A stretch of 62,623 nt of DNA, counting the filler, from an uncultured bacterium (GTDB lineage Bacteria > UBA8481), in assembly GCA_964499705.1 (NCBI GenBank). It is 5 parts of 5 records of this genome, joined end to end, with 100 filler letters (N's around TTAATTAATTAA, not from the genome) between each part and the next. Parts side by side here need not be neighbours in the genome. Positions count along the whole stretch, not along the records: positions 9,043 to 31,321 come from CAZCME010000010.1; 4 more parts are not named here. One strand, written 5' to 3'. Positions 19,561-27,427 of the stretch are shown here, piece after piece (within the stretch, counting starts at the first letter, position 1; every line of letters starts with the position of its first letter). Under the pieces are notes generated by a model. That model did no database searches. It saw only the letters and a list, made by a program, of their open reading frames with translations, and had not been told where the DNA came from. Position numbers and translations under genes: made by a program.

Positions 19561-20271
19561 ATGAGCAATCCATCATGGAAGAAGATCATCATCAAGCCGA
19601 ATGCGCTCCAGCACACCGCCTATGCCGACTGGTACCGGTATGGAACCAGTGATCCGGCGGGCGTCCCCATGGTGGTCTACGTTGGTGGCGCGATCCCGAA
19701 GAATACGTACTCCGAAAGGCAAGCCACGCGCCCCGACATTATCGCCGTGGAGTTCGAAAATGCGCGCGAGCTGAATCCGATGGCATGCGTCGATCTTCTC
19801 ATCATTCCGTGCCCACTCAGCATCATGGAGCGCCGCAGCGTGTGGCGCTCTGAATTCCGCGAGCACTTTACGCGGGAACTGCTGCCGGCGATAGAGAACC
19901 GTGAGCCGCTCCGCATGTCCGTTGTCGGATACTCCTTGGGGAGCTATTTCGCAATGTGCCTGTTGGCGGAACGTGCCACTGCTTGCGGTCTTGCAACGGT
20001 CGGGGGAGCCGGTATGCCGGAGGCGCTTCTCGAGAGCGATCCACCCGATCTGCACAAGAAGCGCATCATTTCGTTCTGTAACGAGAACGATCATCTCTTC
20101 GAGATTACGGAAAAATTCAGGAACACTCTGCTTTCGCGGGGCATCCATCTCGAAACAACGAGGCGCGCCGGCGGGCATCCCTTCCGCAATTATGCAGAAA
20201 ACGGCTCGGTGCGAGACGCATTCGCATTTGCCCTCCAGTGCTTACAGAAACGCGGAACGTGGATCGCGTGA
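19561..20271 (+). CDS. Alpha/beta-hydrolase (esterase-like)
   Basis: GYSLG nucleophile elbow, candidate acid residue in NEND, His in GGHPF. Confidence 0.65.
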   Translation: MSNPSWKKIIIKPNALQHTAYADWYRYGTSDPAGVPMVVYVGGAIPKNTYSERQATRPDIIAVEFENARELNPMACVDLLIIPCPLSIMERRSVWRSEFREHFTRELLPAIENREPLRMSVVGYSLGSYFAMCLLAERATACGLATVGGAGMPEALLESDPPDLHKKRIISFCNENDHLFEITEKFRNTLLSRGIHLETTRRAGGHPFRNYAENGSVRDAFAFALQCLQKRGTWIA

Positions 20272-20333
20272 TGCGAATCCAGATCTCGGATTAGAGCGGC
20301 CGTTCACGTAGACAACGCAAACAGGAAATTAAA

Positions 20334-20398
20334 AAGGGTGAAAGAAGGGTGAAAGTCACCTGCGTTTAATGCGTCTGATGGCTTTTATGCGTTCTGAT
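20334..20398. repeat. Tandem direct repeats near the element end (possible integrase arm-type sites)
   Basis: AAGGGTGAAAG x2 (20334-20355) and ATGCGT(T)CTGAT x2 (20369-20398), 50-115 nt from the tRNA junction. Confidence 0.55.
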
Positions 20399-20447
20399 AA
20401 TTCGTAACTTACGCAGTAGCAGGGCACTGGCTAGCCCCGAACTCACA

Positions 20448-20486
20448 TTTACAGCCCGCCCCATTTGGCCGCTTTGGTATCCCTCC
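20448..20486 (-). tRNA. 5' half of tRNA-Tyr(GTA), truncated immediately after the anticodon loop
   Basis: Minus strand GGAGGGA-TA-CCAAAGCGGCCAAATGG-G-GCGGG-CTGTAAA; the expected CCCGC stem partner is replaced by TGTGAG. Confidence 0.85.
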
Positions 20487-20549
20487 GGGTGAGATAAAAC
20501 CAATCCACTATGGTGTTCACTTCGCGCGTTCCGCGAATATGTGGAAGAC

Positions 20550-20578
20550 ATCATACTCATCGCCGGGCATTCTGTCAT
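20550..20578 (-). promoter_or_regulatory. Putative sigma70 promoter of the tRNA-Tyr locus
   Basis: Minus strand ATGACA-N17-TATGAT about 65 nt upstream of tRNA G1. Confidence 0.55.
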
Positions 20579-20608
20579 CATCCGGATGAGATCCGGGTGA
20601 CTAAGGAG

Positions 20609-20637
20609 TTGCATTCCCTCCTGCAAACCATGATAAT
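20609..20637 (+). promoter_or_regulatory. Putative sigma70 promoter, near-leaderless
   Basis: TTGCAT-N17-GATAAT, 8 nt before ATG 20646. Confidence 0.5.
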
Positions 20638-20645
20638 TCTCCGCC

Positions 20646-21434
20646 ATGAATTCCAACCGTTCAGGACAGTCTGACAGCGAACGCGCGCATTTCGACCGGT
20701 TGATCGAGGAACACGGCAGCGTCTGGTGGGGCTCCCGAACGCATTCCGGCAAGAGGCGGTTTGAACTGCGCGCGCGGACGATCGAATCTCTTCTTCGCCC
20801 CCTTGCGAAGCCGGATTCGGTCGCCGGTCCGCTTGTGCTGGAAGTCGGCTGCGGGGCGGCGGCCTTCACGATTCCCCTGTTGCGCGTCATGCCGAATCTG
20901 CGTCTCGTGGGGACCGATATTTCCGAAAAATGTCTCGATCTCGCGCGTCGTGATTGCGCGGAATTTCCGCATGCCCGCTTCTCCTGCGTGGACGCGGAGG
21001 CGATGACTACGGCGGAGCCGTTGGCGGCGGATCGGGGACATTTCGATGCGGTGATCGGCAACGGGAGCCTTCATCATCTCCCGGAGCGCAAGATTCTCCA
21101 GCAGTCATGGGAGATGCTTCGGCCGGGCGGCCTCGTCATCTTCTTCGAACCGAACATGATGAATCCGCAGGTGGCCCTGCAGAAAAACGTTCCTTTTATC
21201 AAGCGGATGCTCGGCGATTCGCCGACGGAGACCGCGTTCTTCCGTTGGCGGCTCAGGAATCTTCTGAAGGAGCTCGGCTACATCGGGATCGTGGTGGAGC
21301 CGATCGACTTCCTTCATCCGCTCATTCCGAGATTCCTGACGGGAGTCGTCGAAAAGATTAGCGCCGGCCTTGAACGCGTTCCGGGCGTCCGCGAATTCGG
21401 CGGCTCGCTCTTAATTAAAGCCGAGAAACGGTGA
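20646..21434 (+). CDS. Class I SAM-dependent methyltransferase
   Basis: VLEVGCGAA, GTDIS, FDAVIG...LHHL, LRPGG. Confidence 0.85.
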   Translation: MNSNRSGQSDSERAHFDRLIEEHGSVWWGSRTHSGKRRFELRARTIESLLRPLAKPDSVAGPLVLEVGCGAAAFTIPLLRVMPNLRLVGTDISEKCLDLARRDCAEFPHARFSCVDAEAMTTAEPLAADRGHFDAVIGNGSLHHLPERKILQQSWEMLRPGGLVIFFEPNMMNPQVALQKNVPFIKRMLGDSPTETAFFRWRLRNLLKELGYIGIVVEPIDFLHPLIPRFLTGVVEKISAGLERVPGVREFGGSLLIKAEKR

Positions 21435-23311
21435 GCGGCGCTCTCTCGTCCGGCATGCCCGATTCGGACGAGTCCCCGGGGCGGCGGCGGCTCCTGGTTT
21501 TCCTGCTGCTCGTTCTCCTCGTCTTCCTCGGCAGTTATCACAATCTCGTCAAATCCTGGATGTATGACCTGCCCCTGGGCACGGAGCATTATTTTCCGAC
21601 GGCCACCATCGAGGTGTTCCATAAGATGTCCGAAGTCGATGCGGCGATGAAGGGCTATTACCTCGTCGGCAATCCGTTTCACTTCGAGGAGCGTTTCATC
21701 ACGGCTTCGAACACGCCCGGCGGACCCGCGTTCTTCGGTATTTTCCTGAGGCTGATCCGCATGAACCTGGCGACCACCACGTGGTTCTTCGATCTCCTGA
21801 TGCCGGTGATCGTTTTCGCTCTCTTCATGCTCATGCTGCGCCGCCTGGAAGTCTCCTCCTCGACGACCCATCTCGCCATCGCCTCCTTCCTCTTCACGCT
21901 CGTCCTCATGATGGCACCGCAGCAGCGATTGCTGTATCGCTATCTGTCGCCGCAGATGAGCCTGCCTCTATATCTCTATCTCTTCATGGCCACCGCGCTC
22001 CTGGAACGCCGCAAGGTCGAAGTCGTGGAATACGGATTCATGCTGGCTCTCAACGCGATCAACTTCATCATCGATCCCTGGATGGCGGTTCTTGTGGTCG
22101 GAACCCAGTCGCTGCTGGTGTTGAAATTCATCTGGCGCAGGGATCATGAATACGCGGCGCGGGTCTTCATGCTGGTCTTGTCGGGCATGCTGGGAGGAGC
22201 GGCTGAAATATTACGCCTCTCGTCGCTGCATAAGGAGGATGGTTTCCAGATCCTGGCCGCCCGGATGGGCCAGATGGACACCTTCGTGCCCAGCTATCCG
22301 GTCTTCCTGGTGTGGGTCGTCCTCCTGGGGGTTCTCTGCTTCATCGCCTGGCGGTTCAGGTGCCTGACTTCGGATCGTTTTCTTATGACATTCGGCTGGA
22401 TGGCCATGATCGTCTGCGTCGCCATCTTCGGCCAGAATGTGGTGACCGGGAAGCGCGTCTATTTCCAGGGCGAGCACATCGCGTCGACGTCGCTTATCGC
22501 GATGGGGCTCGTGGCCGCGGACTCGTTCTTCGGACTCATGGCGCGCCTGAAATCGCGCGGTATCCGGCATGCGGTTCTCCTTACGATGATTCTCGCGGCG
22601 ACGCTTCATCACGTGGCATCGGCGCGCGGCGAGCTACAACTGGCGATCCCGACCAATCGGTTCGACGAGCTCTTCGGGTACGATCCGATGCGCATGCAGG
22701 TCATCTACGGTAAATCCTTCCGATGGCTTCGCGAGAATGCTCCGGAAACCAACGTCGTGCTCTGCGACCCTGTCGTCGCGCTGCCCATGCGGCTCATCGC
22801 GAACAAATACGGCTATTTCGTGCAGTCGGCGATTCACATCTCGCGGAACCAGCAGCAGATCTACGAGCGTTATTTTCCCTTTATCTGGATGCGCAGGCAG
22901 GTGCGGATCCCGACGCCGCCGGATCCCATATGGCACACGGACGAAAAGCTCCATAACTATAATCCGCGCGACTACGGCATGGTCTACGCCAGCGCGGGCA
23001 GCAGGATCGCGCATATCGGCCTCGTGAACGCGGCTCTGAAGCGTCGCGGTCTGTCTCCGGTTTTCGACGAGGAGCCCGAGCGGTTGAAGGTCCAGAGTTT
23101 CGTGGATGCGATCTACGATGGGTATGATTCCTTCGTCCACGGACGGGATATCCGCGGCCTGAAAGACATGCTGGATTATCGTTGCGACATGGTGCTGTGG
23201 GGGCCGCAGGAGCGACGCATGTATCCGGATTATCAGCCTGAATCGGACGCGACGCTGGTTCCGATCCACCGTGACGAGGAAAATCAGGTCACGATCTTCG
23301 GCTGGCGCTGA
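21431..23311 (+). CDS. Multi-pass membrane protein, probable GT-C-fold glycosyltransferase
   Basis: Ten or more TM helices followed by a soluble domain with WLRENAPETNVVLCDP; operon with deacetylase and formyltransferase. Confidence 0.5.
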   Translation: MSGALSSGMPDSDESPGRRRLLVFLLLVLLVFLGSYHNLVKSWMYDLPLGTEHYFPTATIEVFHKMSEVDAAMKGYYLVGNPFHFEERFITASNTPGGPAFFGIFLRLIRMNLATTTWFFDLLMPVIVFALFMLMLRRLEVSSSTTHLAIASFLFTLVLMMAPQQRLLYRYLSPQMSLPLYLYLFMATALLERRKVEVVEYGFMLALNAINFIIDPWMAVLVVGTQSLLVLKFIWRRDHEYAARVFMLVLSGMLGGAAEILRLSSLHKEDGFQILAARMGQMDTFVPSYPVFLVWVVLLGVLCFIAWRFRCLTSDRFLMTFGWMAMIVCVAIFGQNVVTGKRVYFQGEHIASTSLIAMGLVAADSFFGLMARLKSRGIRHAVLLTMILAATLHHVASARGELQLAIPTNRFDELFGYDPMRMQVIYGKSFRWLRENAPETNVVLCDPVVALPMRLIANKYGYFVQSAIHISRNQQQIYERYFPFIWMRRQVRIPTPPDPIWHTDEKLHNYNPRDYGMVYASAGSRIAHIGLVNAALKRRGLSPVFDEEPERLKVQSFVDAIYDGYDSFVHGRDIRGLKDMLDYRCDMVLWGPQERRMYPDYQPESDATLVPIHRDEENQVTIFGWR

Positions 23312-23312
23312 C

Positions 23313-23341
23313 TTGCCCGCTCGCGCCGCATTCGCTATTCT
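23313..23341 (+). promoter_or_regulatory. Putative leaderless promoter
   Basis: TTGCCC-N17-TATTCT, 7 nt before ATG 23349. Confidence 0.5.
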
Positions 23342-23348
23342 CTGAGCC

Positions 23349-24155
23349 ATGGCTGAGAAACTCTGCTGTCTGACATGCGACATCGAGATGGATTACGGCT
23401 GGCGCGTGCGCCAGTTCAACATCCTGAAGGAGAATCGCCGCGAGATCGCGGAGCTGGGTGATCTCGCCCGCATGCTCGATGTTCCCCTCTCGCTCTTCAT
23501 CGTCACCCGTCTTCTCGACGATTATCCCGAATTGAACCAGGTGGTCCGCGAGCTGGGGAAGGACTGGCACACGCATTCGCATACGCACAACCTCAATGCC
23601 TTCAACAGCAGGAACGAATTCACATCCATGGTGGAATCGTTCAAAACGCATTTCGGATATCATCCGCTGGGTTATCGCGCGCCCCTGGGGGTGCTTCGCG
23701 ACGGCGAGATCGATCTGTTGAAGGAGTGCGGGTTATCTTTTTCCGCCAGCGTCTTTCCCAGTTATCGTCCGGGGCAGTTCAACTACATGGATAAGCCGAC
23801 GCAGCCTTTTCGCTACGAGAACGGGCTCCTCGAACTTCCTTTCGCCACATTCCCGAAGGTTCGAGCGATCCTATCGCTCAGCTACCTGAAGCTCTATGGC
23901 TGGCCTCTTTTCCGCCTTCTCGCCGCCGGCGCCGGTCTTCCGGAGATACTTGTCCTCGATTCGCATCTCCACGATTACTTCATCAATGAGACCAGTTTCC
24001 GGCAGCTTCCGCTGAAGCTGCGGCTCGCCTGGGGCCGCAACGGCGGGCGCGGCAACGAGTTGTTCACGCGTTTCGTGCACTTCCTGCGCGAACGCGATTA
24101 CCGATTCCTCACAATGACCGAGCTCTATGAGCATGTGAAGCAGCGGGCCGGGTGA
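23349..24155 (+). CDS. Polysaccharide deacetylase family protein
   Basis: LTCDIE, HSHTH, GYRAP NodB-like motifs. Confidence 0.85.
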   Translation: MAEKLCCLTCDIEMDYGWRVRQFNILKENRREIAELGDLARMLDVPLSLFIVTRLLDDYPELNQVVRELGKDWHTHSHTHNLNAFNSRNEFTSMVESFKTHFGYHPLGYRAPLGVLRDGEIDLLKECGLSFSASVFPSYRPGQFNYMDKPTQPFRYENGLLELPFATFPKVRAILSLSYLKLYGWPLFRLLAAGAGLPEILVLDSHLHDYFINETSFRQLPLKLRLAWGRNGGRGNELFTRFVHFLRERDYRFLTMTELYEHVKQRAG

Positions 24156-24919
24156 AGCTGCTCCTCCTGACGCAGGACGCGCCCGTCTATCTCGCGCCTT
24201 TCATCGACCGATGGCTGGAACTCATACGGGGCCGCCACGATGTCGTGGGCGCCGCAGTCTTGAAGGCGCATGGACCGCGGCGCCCTCTGGCGGCCTTGGC
24301 GGAACGTTACACTTTGTACGGCCCGATCGCGTTCGCGCGCATGTTGTGTTACATCGCGTGGAACAAGGGGCTCGCTTTCCTCGGTCGTCCTTATTCCGTC
24401 CGCAACGCGCTCCGCCGGCACGGTGTCCGGATTCTGGTGGAGGGTGACGTCAACCGGCCGGAATTCATCTGTCGCATCGGCGAGCTCGGAGCGGACGTCG
24501 TGGTTTCCATCGCCTGCCCGAAAATCCTGAAGGCCGCGATTCTCGCCGCGCCGCCGCGCGGCGTGATCAACTATCACACCGCGCTCCTTCCTCGTTACCG
24601 CGGCCGCATGCCCCTCTACTGGGCGCTCTTCCATGGCGAGCAGGAAGTCGGCATGACGGTCCACGAGATCGACACCGGAATCGATACGGGGCCGATCATC
24701 GTCCAGGATCGCGTGCCCGTTCAGCCGCAGGATTCGCTGCATGACCTCTATCTGAAAACCACGGAGGCCGGTCCGGCCACGCTTGCCCGCGCGCTGGATC
24801 GCCTGGCCGCCGGAGAAACGTCGCGGCTGCCGAATCCCGCGGATCAGGGCGCCTATTTCGGCTTTCCCACTCCGGAACAATGCCGCGAATTCAGGCGGCG
24901 CGGGCGCCGATTTTTCTAG
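24152..24919 (+). CDS. Formyltransferase (N10-formyl-THF dependent, probably sugar N-formylation)
   Basis: INYHTALLPRYRG, GMTVHEIDTGIDTGPII; lacks the Fmt C-terminal domain. Confidence 0.85.
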   Translation: MKLLLLTQDAPVYLAPFIDRWLELIRGRHDVVGAAVLKAHGPRRPLAALAERYTLYGPIAFARMLCYIAWNKGLAFLGRPYSVRNALRRHGVRILVEGDVNRPEFICRIGELGADVVVSIACPKILKAAILAAPPRGVINYHTALLPRYRGRMPLYWALFHGEQEVGMTVHEIDTGIDTGPIIVQDRVPVQPQDSLHDLYLKTTEAGPATLARALDRLAAGETSRLPNPADQGAYFGFPTPEQCREFRRRGRRFF

Positions 24920-24928
24920 CGAGGTTTC

Positions 24929-24957
24929 TTGACAGATTCGTCCGCCGTTCATAGCGT
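24929..24957 (+). promoter_or_regulatory. Putative near-leaderless promoter
   Basis: TTGACA-N17-TAGCGT, 8 nt before ATG 24966. Confidence 0.6.
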
Positions 24958-24965
24958 GACTTCCG

Positions 24966-25451
24966 ATGCTGACATCCACGCAGGAAGATTATATCGAGAT
25001 CGTGTTCCGCCGGCAGGAGGAGACGGGCGGAGAGGGAGTGCGCGTGACGGATCTCGCCGACGCCCTTGGTTGCCGGCTCCCCACCGTCACACGCACGGTC
25101 CAGGCCCTGGCCGATGCCGGATATTTCTCGCACAAATCCCGGGGGTTGGTCCGCCTCACCCGCAAGGGGCATTCGCTCGCGCGCGATATCGCGCACCGTC
25201 ACGATGATGTCGTCGCTTTCCTTCATCTCATCCTCGGGCTTTCCTCCGATGACGCGGAAGCGGACGCGTGCCAGATCGAGCACGGGCTTTCGCCGCTGGC
25301 GTCGGAAAGGCTGCATGCGTTTCTGAATCATGTCGAGCAGCTCCCCGCGCGTGTCCGGAAAACCATGAGCGACGCGGTGCGGCGAGGGATCCGGAAGGAA
25401 ACCGCATTTCCTCACCTGCTCGACATCAAGGTTCCGGGCTGGAGGAGTTAG
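24966..25451 (+). CDS. DtxR/MntR-family metal-dependent transcriptional regulator
   Basis: EDYIE, winged HTH, RH, DACQIEH. Confidence 0.9.
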   Translation: MLTSTQEDYIEIVFRRQEETGGEGVRVTDLADALGCRLPTVTRTVQALADAGYFSHKSRGLVRLTRKGHSLARDIAHRHDDVVAFLHLILGLSSDDAEADACQIEHGLSPLASERLHAFLNHVEQLPARVRKTMSDAVRRGIRKETAFPHLLDIKVPGWRS

Positions 25452-25458
25452 AACGCCG

Positions 25459-26403
25459 TTAAAGGGCCGCGGCGAGCTCCTTCGGAAGCGAAAATGTGAC
25501 GTGCTCCTCCTTCAGGATGAAGGGTTCCGTCGTGCCGCCGTAGCGCGCGATGAGCGAGTCGGCGGTGGCCTTGACGATCGATTCCGGAGCGGACGCGCCG
25601 GCTGTCAGTCCTACGGTCGTCACTCCTTCGAACCAGGCGGGATCCATTTCATCCGGCTGATCGAAGAGATACGCGGGGACTCCATGGAGCTTGGCAACGT
25701 CGACCAGCCGGTTCGAGTTGGAGGAATTCTTGGAGCCGATGACCAGGAGCAGATCGATCTGGGGAATGAGCGCCTTGATGGCGTTCTGACGGTTCTGCGT
25801 GGCGTAGCAGATGTCGTCCTTCGCCGGCTCGTGGATCCGCGGAAAGCGCCGCTTGAGAACGGAGACGATGCCGGCTGTTTCATCCAGCGACAGGGTCGTC
25901 TGCGTGACGTAGGCGACTTTTTCCGGATCGCGGACTTCGATCGCTTCCGCTTCCTTCGGATTCTGCACGAGGCGCATGCGCCCCGCGGGGATCTGGCCCA
26001 TGGTGCCGATGACTTCCACATGGCCCGCATGCCCGATGAGGAGAATATCGTAACCTTCGTGATCGAGCTTATGAACTTCGAGATGGACCTTGGTCACGAG
26101 AGGGCATGTGGCGTCAATGACGCGGAGCGGCCGCGCACCGGCTTCGGCGATCACTTCTCTCGAAACGCCGTGCGCCGAGAAGATCGCCACGGCATGATCC
26201 GGAATTTCGGATATCTCCTCCACGAAAACGACTCCCTTTCTGCGGAGCCCGTCGACGACATGCTTGTTGTGCACGATTTCGTGCTTGACGTAGATCGGAG
26301 CTCCGAAAATATCCAGGGCTTTCTCCACGATGTCGATCGCCCGGTCGACGCCGGCGCAGAAGCCGCGTGGCGCGGCCATGAGGATGCGGAGAGGGTGGAG
26401 CAT
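25459..26403 (-). CDS. ispH: 4-hydroxy-3-methylbut-2-enyl diphosphate reductase
   Basis: PRGFCAGVDRA, EIVHN, SAHG, DATCPLV, DICYATQNRQ, SSNS, TAGASAP. Start placed at 26403 because TATAAT lies 6 nt upstream. Confidence 0.97.
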   Translation of the reverse strand: MLHPLRILMAAPRGFCAGVDRAIDIVEKALDIFGAPIYVKHEIVHNKHVVDGLRRKGVVFVEEISEIPDHAVAIFSAHGVSREVIAEAGARPLRVIDATCPLVTKVHLEVHKLDHEGYDILLIGHAGHVEVIGTMGQIPAGRMRLVQNPKEAEAIEVRDPEKVAYVTQTTLSLDETAGIVSVLKRRFPRIHEPAKDDICYATQNRQNAIKALIPQIDLLLVIGSKNSSNSNRLVDVAKLHGVPAYLFDQPDEMDPAWFEGVTTVGLTAGASAPESIVKATADSLIARYGGTTEPFILKEEHVTFSLPKELAAAL

Positions 26404-26486
26404 GAGCGTATTATACGGGCATTTGGATTCCGGCAACAGGCAAGATTATTCATGATGAATCGTCCGGAAACCGCTAGAGTGCTCGC

Positions 26487-27422
26487 ATGAAAACGATGCG
26501 ATTCGGAGTGCAGACGGTTCCGCAGAACACCAGCTGGCGGGATTTGAGGGACGTCTGGAGCTTATTGGATGAAGCCGGGTATGATTCGGCCTGGACCTTC
26601 GATCATTTCTATCCGATCTTTTCCGATCCGAAAGGACCCTGCCTGGAAGGATGGGTCGCGCTGACGGCGCTGGCCGCGTCGACGAAACGGATCAGGCCGG
26701 GCGTCCTCGTCACGGGTAACACGTATCGCCATCCCGCGATTCTCGCGAACATGGCCGCAACGCTCGATCATACGTCCGGCGGTCGCCTTAATCTCGGGAT
26801 GGGCGCCGCCTGGTTCGAGCTCGAACACGAGGCGTATGGGATCGCGTTTCCGCCCGTGGGAGAAAGAATCGAGCGTCTCGAAGAGGCGTGCCACGTCGTC
26901 AAAAGTCTCCTGACACAGGAAACGACGAACTTCGACGGGCGCTATTACACGCTACGGGATGCATGCTGCGAGCCGAAACCGCTGCAGCAGCCGCATCCGC
27001 CGATCATGATCGGCGGCGGCGGAGAGAAGAAGACGCTCCGCGTCGTCGCGAAGCACGCGGACATGTGGAACTGGTTCGGATCGATCGAGAGCATGCGGGA
27101 CAAGATCGCGGTGCTCCGTTCGCGATGCGAGGAAATCGGGCGTCCGCTCGACTCCATCGACCTCACGTGGTGCGGAGAATTTCGCGTTGTCTCGTCGCGC
27201 GATGCCAGGCGCGAGGCGCTCGACGAGATGGCGAAACGACGCCAGCAATCGCCCGAGGAAGTCGAATCGCTCTGTCTTGTGGGCGAGCCTTCCGAGATCG
27301 AGGACCGCATCCGAGCCTATGCCGCGGTAGGTGTCGGCCACATGATCCTGTCCGCCAGCGCTCCATTCGATCACGTTTCGCTCCGGCGCTTTGCGGAGGA
27401 AGTCATCCCCCGCCTGAGGTGA
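26487..27422 (+). CDS. LLM-class (luciferase-like) oxidoreductase, probable F420-dependent type
   Basis: AWTFDHFYP, VTGNTYRHPAILANMAATLDH, PPIMIGGGGEKKTLR. Confidence 0.85.
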   Translation: MKTMRFGVQTVPQNTSWRDLRDVWSLLDEAGYDSAWTFDHFYPIFSDPKGPCLEGWVALTALAASTKRIRPGVLVTGNTYRHPAILANMAATLDHTSGGRLNLGMGAAWFELEHEAYGIAFPPVGERIERLEEACHVVKSLLTQETTNFDGRYYTLRDACCEPKPLQQPHPPIMIGGGGEKKTLRVVAKHADMWNWFGSIESMRDKIAVLRSRCEEIGRPLDSIDLTWCGEFRVVSSRDARREALDEMAKRRQQSPEEVESLCLVGEPSEIEDRIRAYAAVGVGHMILSASAPFDHVSLRRFAEEVIPRLR

Positions 27423-27427
27423 TCGGC

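Larger units (their letters stand above)
9043..20447. mobile_element. Right part of an integrated element (ICE/phage/plasmid-like) inserted in tRNA-Tyr
   Basis: ssb/SSAP/nuclease module, AT-richer cargo, tandem repeats near the end, boundary at a tRNA anticodon loop. No integrase in this contig. Confidence 0.7.

Noticed and set aside
20415-20447. GAGTTCGGGGCT on the minus strand as a T-arm completing the tRNA, or the start of a group I intron
   Set aside because: No anticodon-stem partner, no A58, acceptor stem does not pair, and no recognisable intron core or 3' exon in the window.
25501-26490. Long antisense and alternate-frame ORFs here and throughout (e.g. 9561-10796, 51706-52821, 57033-58307)
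   Set aside because: Shadow ORFs of real genes in GC-rich DNA, with no motifs.
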